Below are positions 37,388-47,950 of a DNA stretch of 64,000 nucleotides, one piece after another (position 1 is the stretch's first letter; each line of letters starts with the position of its first letter). The notes under the pieces are model-generated. The model was given only the letters and a program-made list of their open reading frames with translations. It did no database searches and was not told the origin of the DNA. Source of the stretch: Candidatus Levyibacteriota bacterium (GTDB taxonomy: Bacteria; Patescibacteriota; Microgenomatia; Levybacterales; UBA12049); the NCBI GenBank assembly GCA_052034235.1, contig JBPOIT010000011.1, positions 37,756-101,755 on the forward strand, in the 5' to 3' direction. Position numbers and translations under genes: made by a program.

Positions 37388-40165
37388 ATGCGTAGACTTT
37401 TTTCCTGGACTGTCATAGCTGTTTTAGCTTTTAGCTTTTTCTTTGCGTCCAGTATTATCAATTTCATCACTGATTGGTGGTGGTTTAGTGAAGTTAAATT
37501 CACAGAGATTTTCATTAAATCTTTAACAACCCAATTAATCGTTGGAGTCGGAGCTGGGCTTTTTGCTCTCATTTTTCTCCTGACAAATTTCCTCATTGCA
37601 GCAAATTCTCGAATTCCCTGGTTTGCAATTTTGCCAGAATCGCTTTTTGGCCGACCTCTCACTATCAATGATCGTGTAGTAAAGAGAATCTTTATACCGC
37701 TAAGTATTATCTTTTCTTTTCTCATTGGTTTAATCGTTTCAAGTTTTTGGCCTGAATTCCTCAAATTTTTCGCAGCAACCCCTTTCACTCAAAAAGACCC
37801 GCTTTTTAACCAAAACATAGGTTTTTACGTTTTCACTCTCCCCGTTTATTCAATTATCTTAGGAATCCTTAAAGTGCTAATTGTCGTTTCGCTTATTGGC
37901 TGCGCGCTTATTTACGTCTTACGTAGAATATTTAACTTCAAAGAAATTTTCGGCAAACTTTCATCAAAAAATGGCTTTTCATCCTTGCATGATTCAGTAA
38001 AGACGCATCACGGTGCACGTTTACACCTGGCACTTCTCCTCTCACTCTTTTTGTTAATAACCGCAGGGAGTACATACCTTTCAATATACGATTTACTTAT
38101 CACACAAAGCGGACCAGTTTTTGGAGCAGCATTTACTGACTCGACAATTCTCATTCCAATTCTCAAAGCTTCAGCATTTATCTATGTACTTACCGCAGTA
38201 TTTGCATTTCTTTATGGTATTAGCGGAAGAATTTCTCCACTTATCGGTGCCTTTGGGCTTATCATTATTACCAATGTGATCTCAGTAATAGTTCCCCCAG
38301 TTGTCCAACGATTTATCGTAGCACCAAACGAACTCGTTAAAGAAACACCTTTTATCAAAAATAATATAGCGGCAACACGAGAAGCATATAATTTGAAGAA
38401 TGTCGAGGTTCGTAGGATTTCTGCGGATCAACCGCTTACTCCTGAGGATATCGCAGAAAATAATCCCACTATTAAAAACGTCAGACTGTGGGATCGTGAT
38501 CCGCTTCTTTCTACATTCTCTCAGATTCAGGAAATCCGTACCTATTATGAATTTGCATCAGTTGATAATGATCGTTATATGCTAAATGGAGAACTTCGCC
38601 AAATCATGCTCTCACCGCGCGAACTTCAATCAAATAGTCTCCCAAACAGAAACTGGATAAATGAACACCTGACATTTACTCATGGTTACGGCATTGCGGC
38701 AGGTCCTGTAAATCAAGTGACACCAGAAGGTTTACCTGTACTTTTTGTTAAGAATCTTCCCCCGGTCACTGATGTAAAAGAACTTGCGGTAACAAGACCG
38801 GAGATCTATTTTGGAGAAATCACAAATGACTATGTCATAGTCAATTCAAGCTCGAAAGAATTTGATTTCCCCAAAGGTGAAGAAAATGTGTATGCAAAAT
38901 ATGCAGGAAAAGGCGGTGTGCAAACAGATTCGTTCCTAAAGCGACTTCTTTTTGCGATTCAGTTTAATGAATTAAAAATGATTCTTTCAAGTGATGTGAC
39001 CAACCAAAGCAGAATAATTTATAACCGTAATATTAAAGAGCGCGTCGAAAAAATTGTTCCATTCCTCACGTTTGATCGTGACCCATATCTTGTTGTTGCT
39101 GACGGCAAACTTTACTGGATACTTGATGCGTATACAACAACTGATAGATATCCCTATGCTGAACAAACTCAAACAGAGAAAGGCTCTGTTAACTACATCC
39201 GCAACTCAGTCAAAGCAGTTGTTGATGCGTATAACGGAGACGTTAACCTTTATATAGCTGACGATAAAGATCCGATTATAAAAACATACAGTACTATTTT
39301 CCCAAATTCCTTCAAGCCTCTTAGTTCAATGCCTAAGAGTTTGCTTTCACATTTACGTTATCCTGAAGATATTTTTACACTTCAAACACAAATATATACA
39401 ACCTATCATATGGATGATCCACAGATTTTCTATAACAAAGAAGATCAATGGGAAATTCCTGGAGTTTCTCCCGCTACTGGTTCAACTGAAACCACAGAAA
39501 CTGCTATGACACCACGGCACATGATTATGAAGCTTCCAAATGTTGAAAAAGAAGAATTTATTCTCATGCTTCCGTTTACACCACGGGCTAAAGATAATTT
39601 GTCTGCTTGGATGGTTGCACGAAATGACGGCGCTGAATATGGAAAGTTGCTCGTTTATGCATTCCCTAAAGATAAACTTATTTTTGGCCCCAAACAGATT
39701 GTCGGGCGAATCAATCAGGATCCTGAAGTCAGCCGCCAAATTGCACTTTGGGATCAGCGAGGTTCGCAAGTCATTCAAGGTTCCCTTCTTGTTATCCCGA
39801 TTGAAGAATCACTCGTCTATGTGCGTCCACTTTATCTTAAGGCAGAAAGTGGAAAAATTCCTGAACTCAAACGCGTCATTGTTGCTTATGAAAATAAAAT
39901 TGCAATGGAAGAAACGCTTGAGAGAGGTTTGGCAAAAATCTTTGGCGCAGGAGCAAATGAACCAGCACCGACTGTACAACCTGGTCAAGGGACACAGCCA
40001 ACTCCAACACCAGCTCAGAACACCTCCTCAACTCCTTCAAATGAAGATTTGAGTGCAGCATCAGATGCATACGATGCAGCTCTTGAAGCGCAGCGAAACG
40101 GTGATTGGGCAAAATACGGAGAAGAAATAAAACGCCTCGGAGAAATTCTTCAGCGACTAAACTAA
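37388..40165 (+). CDS. UPF0182-family large membrane protein
   Basis: 925 aa. N-terminal 7-TM block beginning FITDWWWFSEVKF (compare TDWLWFDSLGY of UPF0182), a large extracytoplasmic region, and a C-terminal Thr/Pro-rich segment plus coiled tail. Confidence 0.7.
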   Translation: MRRLFSWTVIAVLAFSFFFASSIINFITDWWWFSEVKFTEIFIKSLTTQLIVGVGAGLFALIFLLTNFLIAANSRIPWFAILPESLFGRPLTINDRVVKRIFIPLSIIFSFLIGLIVSSFWPEFLKFFAATPFTQKDPLFNQNIGFYVFTLPVYSIILGILKVLIVVSLIGCALIYVLRRIFNFKEIFGKLSSKNGFSSLHDSVKTHHGARLHLALLLSLFLLITAGSTYLSIYDLLITQSGPVFGAAFTDSTILIPILKASAFIYVLTAVFAFLYGISGRISPLIGAFGLIIITNVISVIVPPVVQRFIVAPNELVKETPFIKNNIAATREAYNLKNVEVRRISADQPLTPEDIAENNPTIKNVRLWDRDPLLSTFSQIQEIRTYYEFASVDNDRYMLNGELRQIMLSPRELQSNSLPNRNWINEHLTFTHGYGIAAGPVNQVTPEGLPVLFVKNLPPVTDVKELAVTRPEIYFGEITNDYVIVNSSSKEFDFPKGEENVYAKYAGKGGVQTDSFLKRLLFAIQFNELKMILSSDVTNQSRIIYNRNIKERVEKIVPFLTFDRDPYLVVADGKLYWILDAYTTTDRYPYAEQTQTEKGSVNYIRNSVKAVVDAYNGDVNLYIADDKDPIIKTYSTIFPNSFKPLSSMPKSLLSHLRYPEDIFTLQTQIYTTYHMDDPQIFYNKEDQWEIPGVSPATGSTETTETAMTPRHMIMKLPNVEKEEFILMLPFTPRAKDNLSAWMVARNDGAEYGKLLVYAFPKDKLIFGPKQIVGRINQDPEVSRQIALWDQRGSQVIQGSLLVIPIEESLVYVRPLYLKAESGKIPELKRVIVAYENKIAMEETLERGLAKIFGAGANEPAPTVQPGQGTQPTPTPAQNTSSTPSNEDLSAASDAYDAALEAQRNGDWAKYGEEIKRLGEILQRLN

Positions 40166-40168
40166 ACG

Positions 40169-40756
40169 CTATTTGTCCTCAATATAATAACGAATTTCCT
40201 CTTTTTGTGGATTGAGTGTATTAAAAAGAAAGGTTATATCTTTATCAGAATGACGTATACATCCTGAGCTGCCTGGGTTTTCTTTTGATAAACGCGTCTC
40301 ATCACCGTTTACCCCATGAAGACCAAATGCGCCCGGTAACACCCAATTACACTGCCCACTACATTCATTATACGGTGAAGGTCCAAACGGCTCTTCTTCA
40401 ATACCTGGCACATTAAGTGTTAAAAAATATGGAGCTGTTTCAGGGTTTTCTTCAGAAGATTCTTTTTTTATAAGAACCCAATACTCTCTTCCAACCAACT
40501 GCGGCAACGGTGTCGGTCTTTCACCCGGAATCCCAGTTTTAACTTTAAATGTTTTTAAAAGTTCACTTTTTTCTTTGTCCCCTGCCACACCATAATAAAA
40601 GTATTCAACATTTGATTTCCTGTGTAACACAAACCAATGTGTTCTCTTTTCACTTATAGTCACTCTTTCAGTGTCTTTCAAATTTATAAACAAATATGCG
40701 CCAAGAGAAAGACATGCTGTAACAAATAATAAAATCCAAACACTCCATTTTTTCAT
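40169..40756 (-). CDS. L,D-transpeptidase (YkuD-domain) protein with a signal anchor
   Basis: C-terminal HGVNGDETRLSKENPGSSGCIRHSDKDITFLF, the His ... SxGC(I/V)R catalytic motif. Start chosen at MKKWSVWILLF (40756). Confidence 0.85.
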   Translation of the reverse strand: MKKWSVWILLFVTACLSLGAYLFINLKDTERVTISEKRTHWFVLHRKSNVEYFYYGVAGDKEKSELLKTFKVKTGIPGERPTPLPQLVGREYWVLIKKESSEENPETAPYFLTLNVPGIEEEPFGPSPYNECSGQCNWVLPGAFGLHGVNGDETRLSKENPGSSGCIRHSDKDITFLFNTLNPQKEEIRYYIEDK

Positions 40757-40837
40757 GATGCAATTATAACATTTAAGCTCAATTCTGCTATTAAACACAT
40801 TTGCCGATTTTGATTTCTCCTGCTACAATATTGCTTC

Positions 40838-41923
40838 ATGATTATTCGTCCCTTTATTATTGTCGTTTTGATTGTATTGGCAGGGTTTATTGTTGAGTTT
40901 ATTCCCCAGGAAAAGCACGAAGTTCTTTCAGCAGCACGCAGTATCACACCTACACTACCAGTTCCAACAACCACACCAATACCAGATAAAAAAATCTTAT
41001 CCAACAATTATCATATTTTTCAGTCATTTAATAACTGCGGACCAGCTTCACTTTCGATGGCACTTTCCTATTTCGGCATTAATAAATCACAAGAAGAATT
41101 AGGGCAAGAACTCAGACCATGGCAGCATCCCGAAGGCATACAAGATGATAAATCAGTAACGCTTGCAGAACTTGAAAATAAAGCTAAAGAATATGATCTC
41201 ATTGCATATCATCGCCCAAACGGCAACATAGAAATAATGGAACAACTTATTGCAGCAGATATTCCAGTCATAACTCGAACATGGCTTCATGCAGATGAAG
41301 ATATTGGCCACTACCGTGTCGTTAAGGGATACGATAAAAGTTCGCAAACTATAGTGCAGGATGATTCTTTCCAAGATAAAAATCTTGTCTATACCTATGA
41401 TGAATTTAATGAGATTTGGGAAAAATTCAACTATGAATATCTCGTAATCTTTCCAAAAGAAAAAGAGCAAATCGTCTCATCAATTTTAGGAGAAAATGTT
41501 AATAAAGAATATTCATGGGAGCAAGCAAAAAATGCAAGTTTGAATGCTACTCAAAAAGATCCGGATAATATTTATAATTACTTTAATCTATCAGTCGCAT
41601 ATTTCAATTTAAAAGAATATAAAAATGCTGTTGATGCATATGAAAAAGTTTCAACACAACTTCCCTTCCGCACTCTATGGTATCAAAGTGAACCGATTAT
41701 GGCATATTATGAAATTGGAAATTTCGACAAGGTATTTGCAATAACTGATGAAATACTAAACGGAGAAAATAGCGCATACTCTGAATTGTATTTCCTCCGC
41801 GGAAATATCTACAAAAAACAGGACAATCTCGAAGCAGCAAAAGCTGAATATGAAAAAGCAGTCTACTACAACAGTAACTACAAAGAAGCACAACTAGCTC
41901 TTCAGTCTCTTTCTTCTCAGTGA
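40838..41923 (+). CDS. Membrane-anchored C39-like papain-fold peptidase domain fused to TPR repeats
   Basis: N-terminal TM. FQSFNNCGPASLSMALSYFG has the catalytic Cys context of Peptidase_C39_2. The C-terminal half shows TPR-like repeats (NYFNLSVAYFNLKEYKNAVDAYEKV...). Confidence 0.7.
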   Translation: MIIRPFIIVVLIVLAGFIVEFIPQEKHEVLSAARSITPTLPVPTTTPIPDKKILSNNYHIFQSFNNCGPASLSMALSYFGINKSQEELGQELRPWQHPEGIQDDKSVTLAELENKAKEYDLIAYHRPNGNIEIMEQLIAADIPVITRTWLHADEDIGHYRVVKGYDKSSQTIVQDDSFQDKNLVYTYDEFNEIWEKFNYEYLVIFPKEKEQIVSSILGENVNKEYSWEQAKNASLNATQKDPDNIYNYFNLSVAYFNLKEYKNAVDAYEKVSTQLPFRTLWYQSEPIMAYYEIGNFDKVFAITDEILNGENSAYSELYFLRGNIYKKQDNLEAAKAEYEKAVYYNSNYKEAQLALQSLSSQ

Positions 41924-41949
41924 AGTTCTGAGTTTTTCTTTTGAATATT

Positions 41950-43296
41950 CTATAACTTTGTGGGTAAAGAAGATATAGATGTTGAAAGTTTGTAGTCCCA
42001 ATTAGTATCGCCTATTTCTTTTTCGGTTCCAGGAATATTTATTCTGTCAGTTGTCAGGAGCCAATCTTGCATTGGGATGATGACTATTTTAGAAGGTGAA
42101 GAAATAACTTCATTTCTAAGATTTTTGGCAAACGATATATCATCTGTATACTCAATATTAATCGAAGTACCAAGTACCGTTTTTTGTTTTTGGGTTAATG
42201 ACTGTATATACCCAAGGAGCGTTTCAGTATCATGGGTTGTTGTGTACGCGACAGAATTCTCAGGATATGAATTAATAATGGAATATCGTTTATTTACCTC
42301 ATCCCCTTTTATCGCAAAACGAAAAATTCTCAGTCCAGGAATATGCATCTCTTCCATCGCTTTTCTAAGTACTTTCGTTTTATCACCGCTGTCTTCTGCA
42401 AAAATAGAAATTCCGTGATGCTGAGCATAACATACGAGTTCTGTGAAGACATCCACGCCCGGACCATTCACATATTTATCGTGCAAAGGATTTGCCATAT
42501 CTATGACACCGTATGCGAAAAAGGCTTTTGCATGATCAAATCTGAGATGATCAAAAATTGAGGCGAGGTATTTTAACCTCAGTTTCCAAAATGAAATCAC
42601 CTGCTCTTTTTGCTCATCCCAATTATAAAGTGGATGCCCCCATACTTGCCTTCCAAAATGTGTGTTAGGCGTATCAGGAATGCCTGATACAAAAGGCATT
42701 TTACCATCCGCAGTAATCTGAAAAACTTCCTGATGCGCCCACACGAGCGAACTTCTAAATGATGGATAATAAGGGATATCCCCAATTAAGACTATCCCCT
42801 TTTCAGAAGCCCTTTTATGTAACAAAATATAACTTTCATGCAATTCCCATTGCTCTTTGATATATCTTAAAATTTCTGATTTCAATTTTTCATTCCAATT
42901 GGCAACAGCATGTTCTTCTTTTTTGCTAATCATACTATCCCATAGTGTCCAGTCGTCAGTATCAAAATGATCTCTCAACGCGCAAAAAAGTGCATAATCA
43001 TGAATCCACTCGCTATGCTTCCGGACAAATAATTCGAATTTCTCTTTATCAAATGAAATTTTAGAGGCGGCATGATATTTGGGATCCAAACCTATACCAT
43101 AACTTTTGTAAGGTGATGGAACATGTTTGGTTTTTGATCCCTGTTCAAGTTGCGTTTCATGCAGTGGGAGTAGAAGCCAAGCATTTTGGTTGGTTTTTTC
43201 AAGCCAATCCAGAAAAGTCTGTGCTGAGAAAAAGTCAGACTCTGGTAGAGCAAACAGCGGCATCAGTGTCCCAACAATTTTATCCCTTTTTTGCAT
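41950..43296 (-). CDS. malQ: 4-alpha-glucanotransferase (amylomaltase, GH77)
   Basis: LIGDIPYYPSFRSSLVWAH (compare LIGDLPIxVxxDSADVW), LRFDHAKAF (RxDHxxG) and TTTHDTET (T-HD-) match GH77 blocks. Confidence 0.85.
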   Translation of the reverse strand: MQKRDKIVGTLMPLFALPESDFFSAQTFLDWLEKTNQNAWLLLPLHETQLEQGSKTKHVPSPYKSYGIGLDPKYHAASKISFDKEKFELFVRKHSEWIHDYALFCALRDHFDTDDWTLWDSMISKKEEHAVANWNEKLKSEILRYIKEQWELHESYILLHKRASEKGIVLIGDIPYYPSFRSSLVWAHQEVFQITADGKMPFVSGIPDTPNTHFGRQVWGHPLYNWDEQKEQVISFWKLRLKYLASIFDHLRFDHAKAFFAYGVIDMANPLHDKYVNGPGVDVFTELVCYAQHHGISIFAEDSGDKTKVLRKAMEEMHIPGLRIFRFAIKGDEVNKRYSIINSYPENSVAYTTTHDTETLLGYIQSLTQKQKTVLGTSINIEYTDDISFAKNLRNEVISSPSKIVIIPMQDWLLTTDRINIPGTEKEIGDTNWDYKLSTSISSLPTKL

Positions 43297-43356
43297 GAAG
43301 CTATTATACTAGAGTTGAAGGAATACGATAATAGGTAATCTCATTGACAAACTCAA

Positions 43357-44385
43357 GTGAATCTCGTTATTATGAAAGGGTCTATGAAAATCACACTGAC
43401 CTCACGTGCACTTTTTGGAATTCTTTTCGTCCTCGCAGCACTCGTGGGAACCCCAATTGCAATTTTCCAACTTCAACAACAACAAGAAATCAGACAACGT
43501 GCTGATACTGGCATTGCTTGGTCCACAAGCCAATCAGCATCATCAAGTTGTCCCACAACCGGATCAGGAGCAATCATTACCGCCACTTTTAACAACACAG
43601 AACCTGACAGGTCAAACTATGCAATGAATGTTGTTGCGAAAGATAGACAAACTGGTAAGTCAGTTAATTTGGGTAGTATAAGGGGCGGCCAAAGTAAGTC
43701 AGGAGTTATTCAGACTGGAAGGACATCACTTAGTGCTGGCACTGTTGACTTTGCACTGACCTGGACTGATGGTCATAGCGGTATAGATAGTAGATCTGCA
43801 GGATATCAAACAATCAGCAATTGTAATACACCAACTCCAACACCACCACAAAGTGAACCTGTTTGTCCAGCTGGCACTGATCAGGTTGACGTCATAACTG
43901 GAGGTCCACTCCTTGCTAATGGGACTCCGTCGAGTAAAACACATACATTAACGCTTGATAACGCAGCCAAACTGATCTTTAGCGGATTCTTAAAAGAAGG
44001 TCATCCCGAGGATTGTCCAAATGGTCCAAGCTGCAATCAAGGCCAACTCTATGAGGAAATTACGCTTTCTGTTAATGGCACCAAGATCGGCGAAAGCACA
44101 GACACAGGCGGACCAGTTGACGCATGGGTTCCTATCGGTCCATGGGAAACATCATCAACAATAAATAAAGGCTCTGTTTCAGTCGTTATTAATCACCGTA
44201 AAAGAAGTACAAAAGGTCCAGAATCAGTAGATTACAAATTGGCAGTATGTGCACAAAAACCACAATCAACGCCAGTTCCTTCGGCTTCGCCTACTCCAAC
44301 GAAGCCAAATGATCCTACGCCAACCGTTTGCCCAACGCTGGCACCAGTAAAGAATGTCCGGATTGATTGTCCTAATTGTCCTTGA
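43357..44385 (+). CDS. Secreted/anchored Cys-containing surface protein, paralogue A
   Basis: N-terminal TM. The domain at aa ~40-150 is homologous to the N-terminal domain of the next ORF (WSTSQSASSSCP...FALTWTDGHSG versus [13 protein letters not shown]...[11 protein letters not shown]). Pro/Thr-rich C-terminus ending in a CPNCP motif. Confidence 0.6.
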   Translation: MNLVIMKGSMKITLTSRALFGILFVLAALVGTPIAIFQLQQQQEIRQRADTGIAWSTSQSASSSCPTTGSGAIITATFNNTEPDRSNYAMNVVAKDRQTGKSVNLGSIRGGQSKSGVIQTGRTSLSAGTVDFALTWTDGHSGIDSRSAGYQTISNCNTPTPTPPQSEPVCPAGTDQVDVITGGPLLANGTPSSKTHTLTLDNAAKLIFSGFLKEGHPEDCPNGPSCNQGQLYEEITLSVNGTKIGESTDTGGPVDAWVPIGPWETSSTINKGSVSVVINHRKRSTKGPESVDYKLAVCAQKPQSTPVPSASPTPTKPNDPTPTVCPTLAPVKNVRIDCPNCP

Positions 44386-44392
44386 ATAATGC

Positions 44393-45796
44393 GTGAAGAC
44401 TTTGACACTACATAAACTATCACCGAGAACATCACTGATAATTGTTTTGGTACTCCTTTTACTAGGAATACCTCTTGCATTGTATCAATCTCAAATCCAG
44501 CAAATTTTTAAACAATTTGCATGGCAAACATCTCAATCAGCAGCAGCGGTCTGTTCTCCTCAAAATGGTAAGATTTTTATCAGCGTTCAATTTACAAATA
44601 AAGAGACATCACGAGCCATGGATGTCACCGCTAAAGATGTGCAAAGTGGACAGGAAATAACGTTAGGAACTGTTAGACGTGGAGAGACCAAAACCGGAGA
44701 TATTATTATTGAGAAAACAAAAATCAATGCAGGCTCTGTCATTTTCAATCTCGCATGGACTGATGGCTCAAAAGGAACGGATTCTTTTACTGCCAATTAT
44801 AAAGCAGTCGATGGATGTAGCAGCCCAAGTCCCACACCCTCGGCTCCTTTCTGTCCTTCAGATGCTCCAAAAAATCAAGGTTTTTGCAGATGGGATCCTC
44901 AAAATAGCGCGGTAGAATATAAAGTTGTTATTACTGATGTTGAATCTGGAGAAAAAATAAAAGAAGAAACAGTCAAACATCCAGCTGCGGAAAGTGACTT
45001 TATTATGGAACCAAATAAAGCTTACCAATGCAGCATAACTGCGGTAAACGCATGCGGCAATAGCACACAAGTGGAAAGTCCAGAAAAAGTATGTACAGTT
45101 CCTACGCCGACGCCTTATTGTCCAGCTGAGCCACTTAAAGAATCGTCATGCGTCTGGGATCCACTGCCTGGAGCAATGTTTTATAAAGTCGAAATCCTCG
45201 ATGCAGATGAAAATGTGCTTAAAACAGAAAAGGTAAATCATCCTAACAACCGTGTGACATTCCCTTCAGAACCTGGACAAGCATACAGCTGCCGTGTTAC
45301 ACCTACCGGAAAATGCAGTGAAGGCAAACCTACCACTAGCGAACCTAAAGTCTGTGTTAATCCATCTGGGACACCTGCTCCTACAGTCACACCAACAGAT
45401 GAACCAACGCCAACTCCTACTGAGGAGCCAACGCCGACATTGACACCAACAGAAACTCCTACTCCAACCATGACGCCGACACCGACGTTAACACCTAGCC
45501 CAACACCAACAAATGCACCAACGCCAACACGTGCACCAACGCCAACACGACTACCGACGCCAACACCGCGCATAGTGCAGCAGCCGGGACAAACAATCGT
45601 GCAGCGTGGTGGTGTAAGAGTTGTACAACAACCAGGTCAGACAGTCGTACAACAGCAACCAAACAACGTTGTCGTCGTCCAGACAACACCAGGACCAACT
45701 GTTGCCCCTACTGGGGATAACACGATGCCAGTCATCGCAGGTGGAATCACACTTATCATGGCTCTCGCCGGAGCAATCCTCTTCTTCGCACTATAG
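44393..45796 (+). CDS. Surface protein, paralogue B. Shared N-domain, three tandem ~70-aa four-Cys repeats, a PT-rich linker and a C-terminal hydrophobic anchor
   Basis: Repeats begin [31 protein letters not shown] and [15 protein letters not shown] linker [22 protein letters not shown].... Tail [31 protein letters not shown]. Confidence 0.65.
   Translation: MKTLTLHKLSPRTSLIIVLVLLLLGIPLALYQSQIQQIFKQFAWQTSQSAAAVCSPQNGKIFISVQFTNKETSRAMDVTAKDVQSGQEITLGTVRRGETKTGDIIIEKTKINAGSVIFNLAWTDGSKGTDSFTANYKAVDGCSSPSPTPSAPFCPSDAPKNQGFCRWDPQNSAVEYKVVITDVESGEKIKEETVKHPAAESDFIMEPNKAYQCSITAVNACGNSTQVESPEKVCTVPTPTPYCPAEPLKESSCVWDPLPGAMFYKVEILDADENVLKTEKVNHPNNRVTFPSEPGQAYSCRVTPTGKCSEGKPTTSEPKVCVNPSGTPAPTVTPTDEPTPTPTEEPTPTLTPTETPTPTMTPTPTLTPSPTPTNAPTPTRAPTPTRLPTPTPRIVQQPGQTIVQRGGVRVVQQPGQTVVQQQPNNVVVVQTTPGPTVAPTGDNTMPVIAGGITLIMALAGAILFFAL
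45370..45565 (+). repeat. Low-complexity Pro-Thr (PT) repeat coding region inside ORF 44393..45796
   Basis: acncc(a/g) periodicity encoding (P-T)n with E/N/A/R/L substitutions. The antisense frame gives the spurious GVGVG ORF 45238..45573. Confidence 0.8.
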
Positions 45797-45837
45797 TGTC
45801 TCACAGGGTGTAGTGTTGTATCGTTCTTTTAAGAACC

Positions 45838-47241
45838 CTATGTCGTTTTTGGTGTGGTTACTAACTTCGAATACACTTTGACTATTTTCCCATTCATTTC
45901 TTCAGGTGTAACTCCACCGCCTGCATCCCGTACAACATTCGTAACCTGCGTGACCTCAGCTGTACCGATACCAACTCCTCTGGTTATAACTGGTGATATA
46001 CTAATTCTTGCACCTTCTGGGCCTATATCTGATCCCTCTGGTATAAATTCAATTCCCATCGCTGATCCAGCAGGCATGCGAAGTAATCCTCTATCACGCA
46101 AATCATAAATTCTCCGCAATACTGTGGGATTTGTAATATAGTTTTCATTAACCTCACTTTCCCTGCTGTGTTCAAAATATTTTTGGAATATTACATCAGA
46201 AAATACACCTTGAGCACATGCACCTTGCATGTATCTAATAACATCTTGTCTTTCAGAGTGAAACGCTGTTCTATGTACCCTATCTAACTGACGATCAGTC
46301 TCTACATCAATAGGCTGCAATAGGCCGTCTATAATTGTTTTCCCTTTCTTATTGTCTAAAAGATGTTCTGGAGTAAACCCTGGCAACCAGATTGTAGTCC
46401 CCATATTATCTGCAAATACCTCTGCTGTGTCCCAATATTCAGATGCAGGTGCACGAAGATCATATGCCATCTCTTGCCCAAGATAAGCACTTACCCCACC
46501 ATCATATCCTTCTTGTTTATCACGCAAATCAAGTGCTTGTTCAGGTGAATAGTTATGCCCATTTCTCCACGAGTGGACATGCAATCTATAAATAGAACGC
46601 AAACCACCATCTTTTACTGAATATGAACGATTAATTCCCATTTTGACATCTCTCTGTTCTCCATCTTCTACACCTTCTTCATTTAATTTCTGCAAATGTT
46701 GCAGCATATTAACTTGCTGTTTTAAATAGAGATTCTTTGCATAATTCGGCAAATTGGGTAAACCATCCACATCCTCTTTAAAATACATATACATCATATG
46801 ATGAGGTCCATAAGTACTTACTGGAACAATCCATGCTCCATCGATGCTGTTAAAGAGTGTTTCATCAACTGTTTCTTTCTTGCGACCGTCAGCAGCAGTT
46901 GTCGTTTCTCTGAATTTTGTGACTCCTTCATCTGTAACGAGATACTGCGTGACTCGATTTTCAACCGATTCTGTTACTAGACCAGCAACAGTTCCTTCTC
47001 TATCGTGCACGGCAACTGCGTTATTGAGAAGACTTAATTTTGCTTTTCTTGCACGTTCAATACTCTCTGCTGGTGTTACCTTTTCAGATGTAAATCCTGT
47101 GGGGAAAATTTGTGAGGGAGTCACAATTGAGTCAGTAGTAATAAGTAATTTTTCACCTATATGACTCCCTAAAGGAGGCATGCCATCCCGCTGCCGTACT
47201 GGCGATTGCTCTTTTGATCCAACTTCTATTCTTGTTGCCAT
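45838..47241 (-). CDS. Hypothetical cytoplasmic protein (467 aa), last gene of the nuclease operon
   Basis: Long ORF. No signal peptide. His-rich patches (GPHHMMYMYF, RLHVHSWRNGHNY) are not assignable by eye. GC somewhat higher than neighbouring genes. Confidence 0.6.
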   Translation of the reverse strand: MATRIEVGSKEQSPVRQRDGMPPLGSHIGEKLLITTDSIVTPSQIFPTGFTSEKVTPAESIERARKAKLSLLNNAVAVHDREGTVAGLVTESVENRVTQYLVTDEGVTKFRETTTAADGRKKETVDETLFNSIDGAWIVPVSTYGPHHMMYMYFKEDVDGLPNLPNYAKNLYLKQQVNMLQHLQKLNEEGVEDGEQRDVKMGINRSYSVKDGGLRSIYRLHVHSWRNGHNYSPEQALDLRDKQEGYDGGVSAYLGQEMAYDLRAPASEYWDTAEVFADNMGTTIWLPGFTPEHLLDNKKGKTIIDGLLQPIDVETDRQLDRVHRTAFHSERQDVIRYMQGACAQGVFSDVIFQKYFEHSRESEVNENYITNPTVLRRIYDLRDRGLLRMPAGSAMGIEFIPEGSDIGPEGARISISPVITRGVGIGTAEVTQVTNVVRDAGGGVTPEEMNGKIVKVYSKLVTTPKTT

Positions 47242-47308
47242 AATTGTCTATAGGCCTATATTATAGCAACTCTTCAATAAAATACCTGACAATCCTGACA
47301 TTATTTGC

Positions 47309-47944
47309 TTAATTTTTGCATATGTTATCTTCCCAAAGACCCCTTTTATATGTTTGGGCTTGCTGTTGTGCTCGTTTGTATTCAGTTTGATATCGATAGG
47401 GCAAATCGTAAGTATACTCATAGCCGAATCCCTCCTGAATTGCCACCTTGCCATAATCTGAATTATCTTCTAAAAACACAAATCTTAAAAGCCTTCCATA
47501 TTTGTCACGTTCAGATTGGCTTGCATCTGGTTCAAGATAGACTGTTTTTCCGCTTAGTGTTTGTTTTGCAAACGCTGAAGCTTCCCGCCCAAAACATTCT
47601 ACCCCTTTTCTTGGATCAACTGTTTCAGGCGTATTTAAACCGATAATTCTAATGGTATCCGTTGTTCCATTTATCGAAACCGTAATCGTATCGCCGTCAA
47701 CAACTTTTACGACGTGAGCAATTTGCCTTTCAACTTTTGCTCCCTCAACCTTTTGATCAGCTTCTTGTTGTACTGTTTGATCCTGGACGCTTTCAGCAAC
47801 TGTAGGTACGAGGGTTGGTTTTGGAGTTAAGATCTTTGACAGAGTACTATCAGCAGTTTGTAATGAAGAATATACAAGAAATAGTAATGCGACAAGCAAT
47901 GCCAAGACGATATTTCTACCGTTGAAAAAAGTACGGACAGTCAT
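47309..47944 (-). CDS. Secreted thermonuclease (staphylococcal-nuclease/SNase fold)
   Basis: N-terminal signal anchor. VVKVVDGDTITVSINGTTDTIRIIGLNTPE, DKYGRLLRFVF and YKRGLWED match the SNase catalytic core. Confidence 0.85.
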   Translation of the reverse strand: MTVRTFFNGRNIVLALLVALLFLVYSSLQTADSTLSKILTPKPTLVPTVAESVQDQTVQQEADQKVEGAKVERQIAHVVKVVDGDTITVSINGTTDTIRIIGLNTPETVDPRKGVECFGREASAFAKQTLSGKTVYLEPDASQSERDKYGRLLRFVFLEDNSDYGKVAIQEGFGYEYTYDLPYRYQTEYKRAQQQAQTYKRGLWEDNICKN

Positions 47945-47950
47945 GATAGA

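Noticed and set aside
37378-37788. 136-aa minus-strand ORF
   Set aside because: Antisense to the N-terminal TM region of the UPF0182 gene.
45238-45573. 111-aa minus-strand ORF encoding (GVGVG)n
   Set aside because: Antisense artefact of the Pro-Thr repeat linker of ORF 44393..45796. Low-complexity mirror translation.
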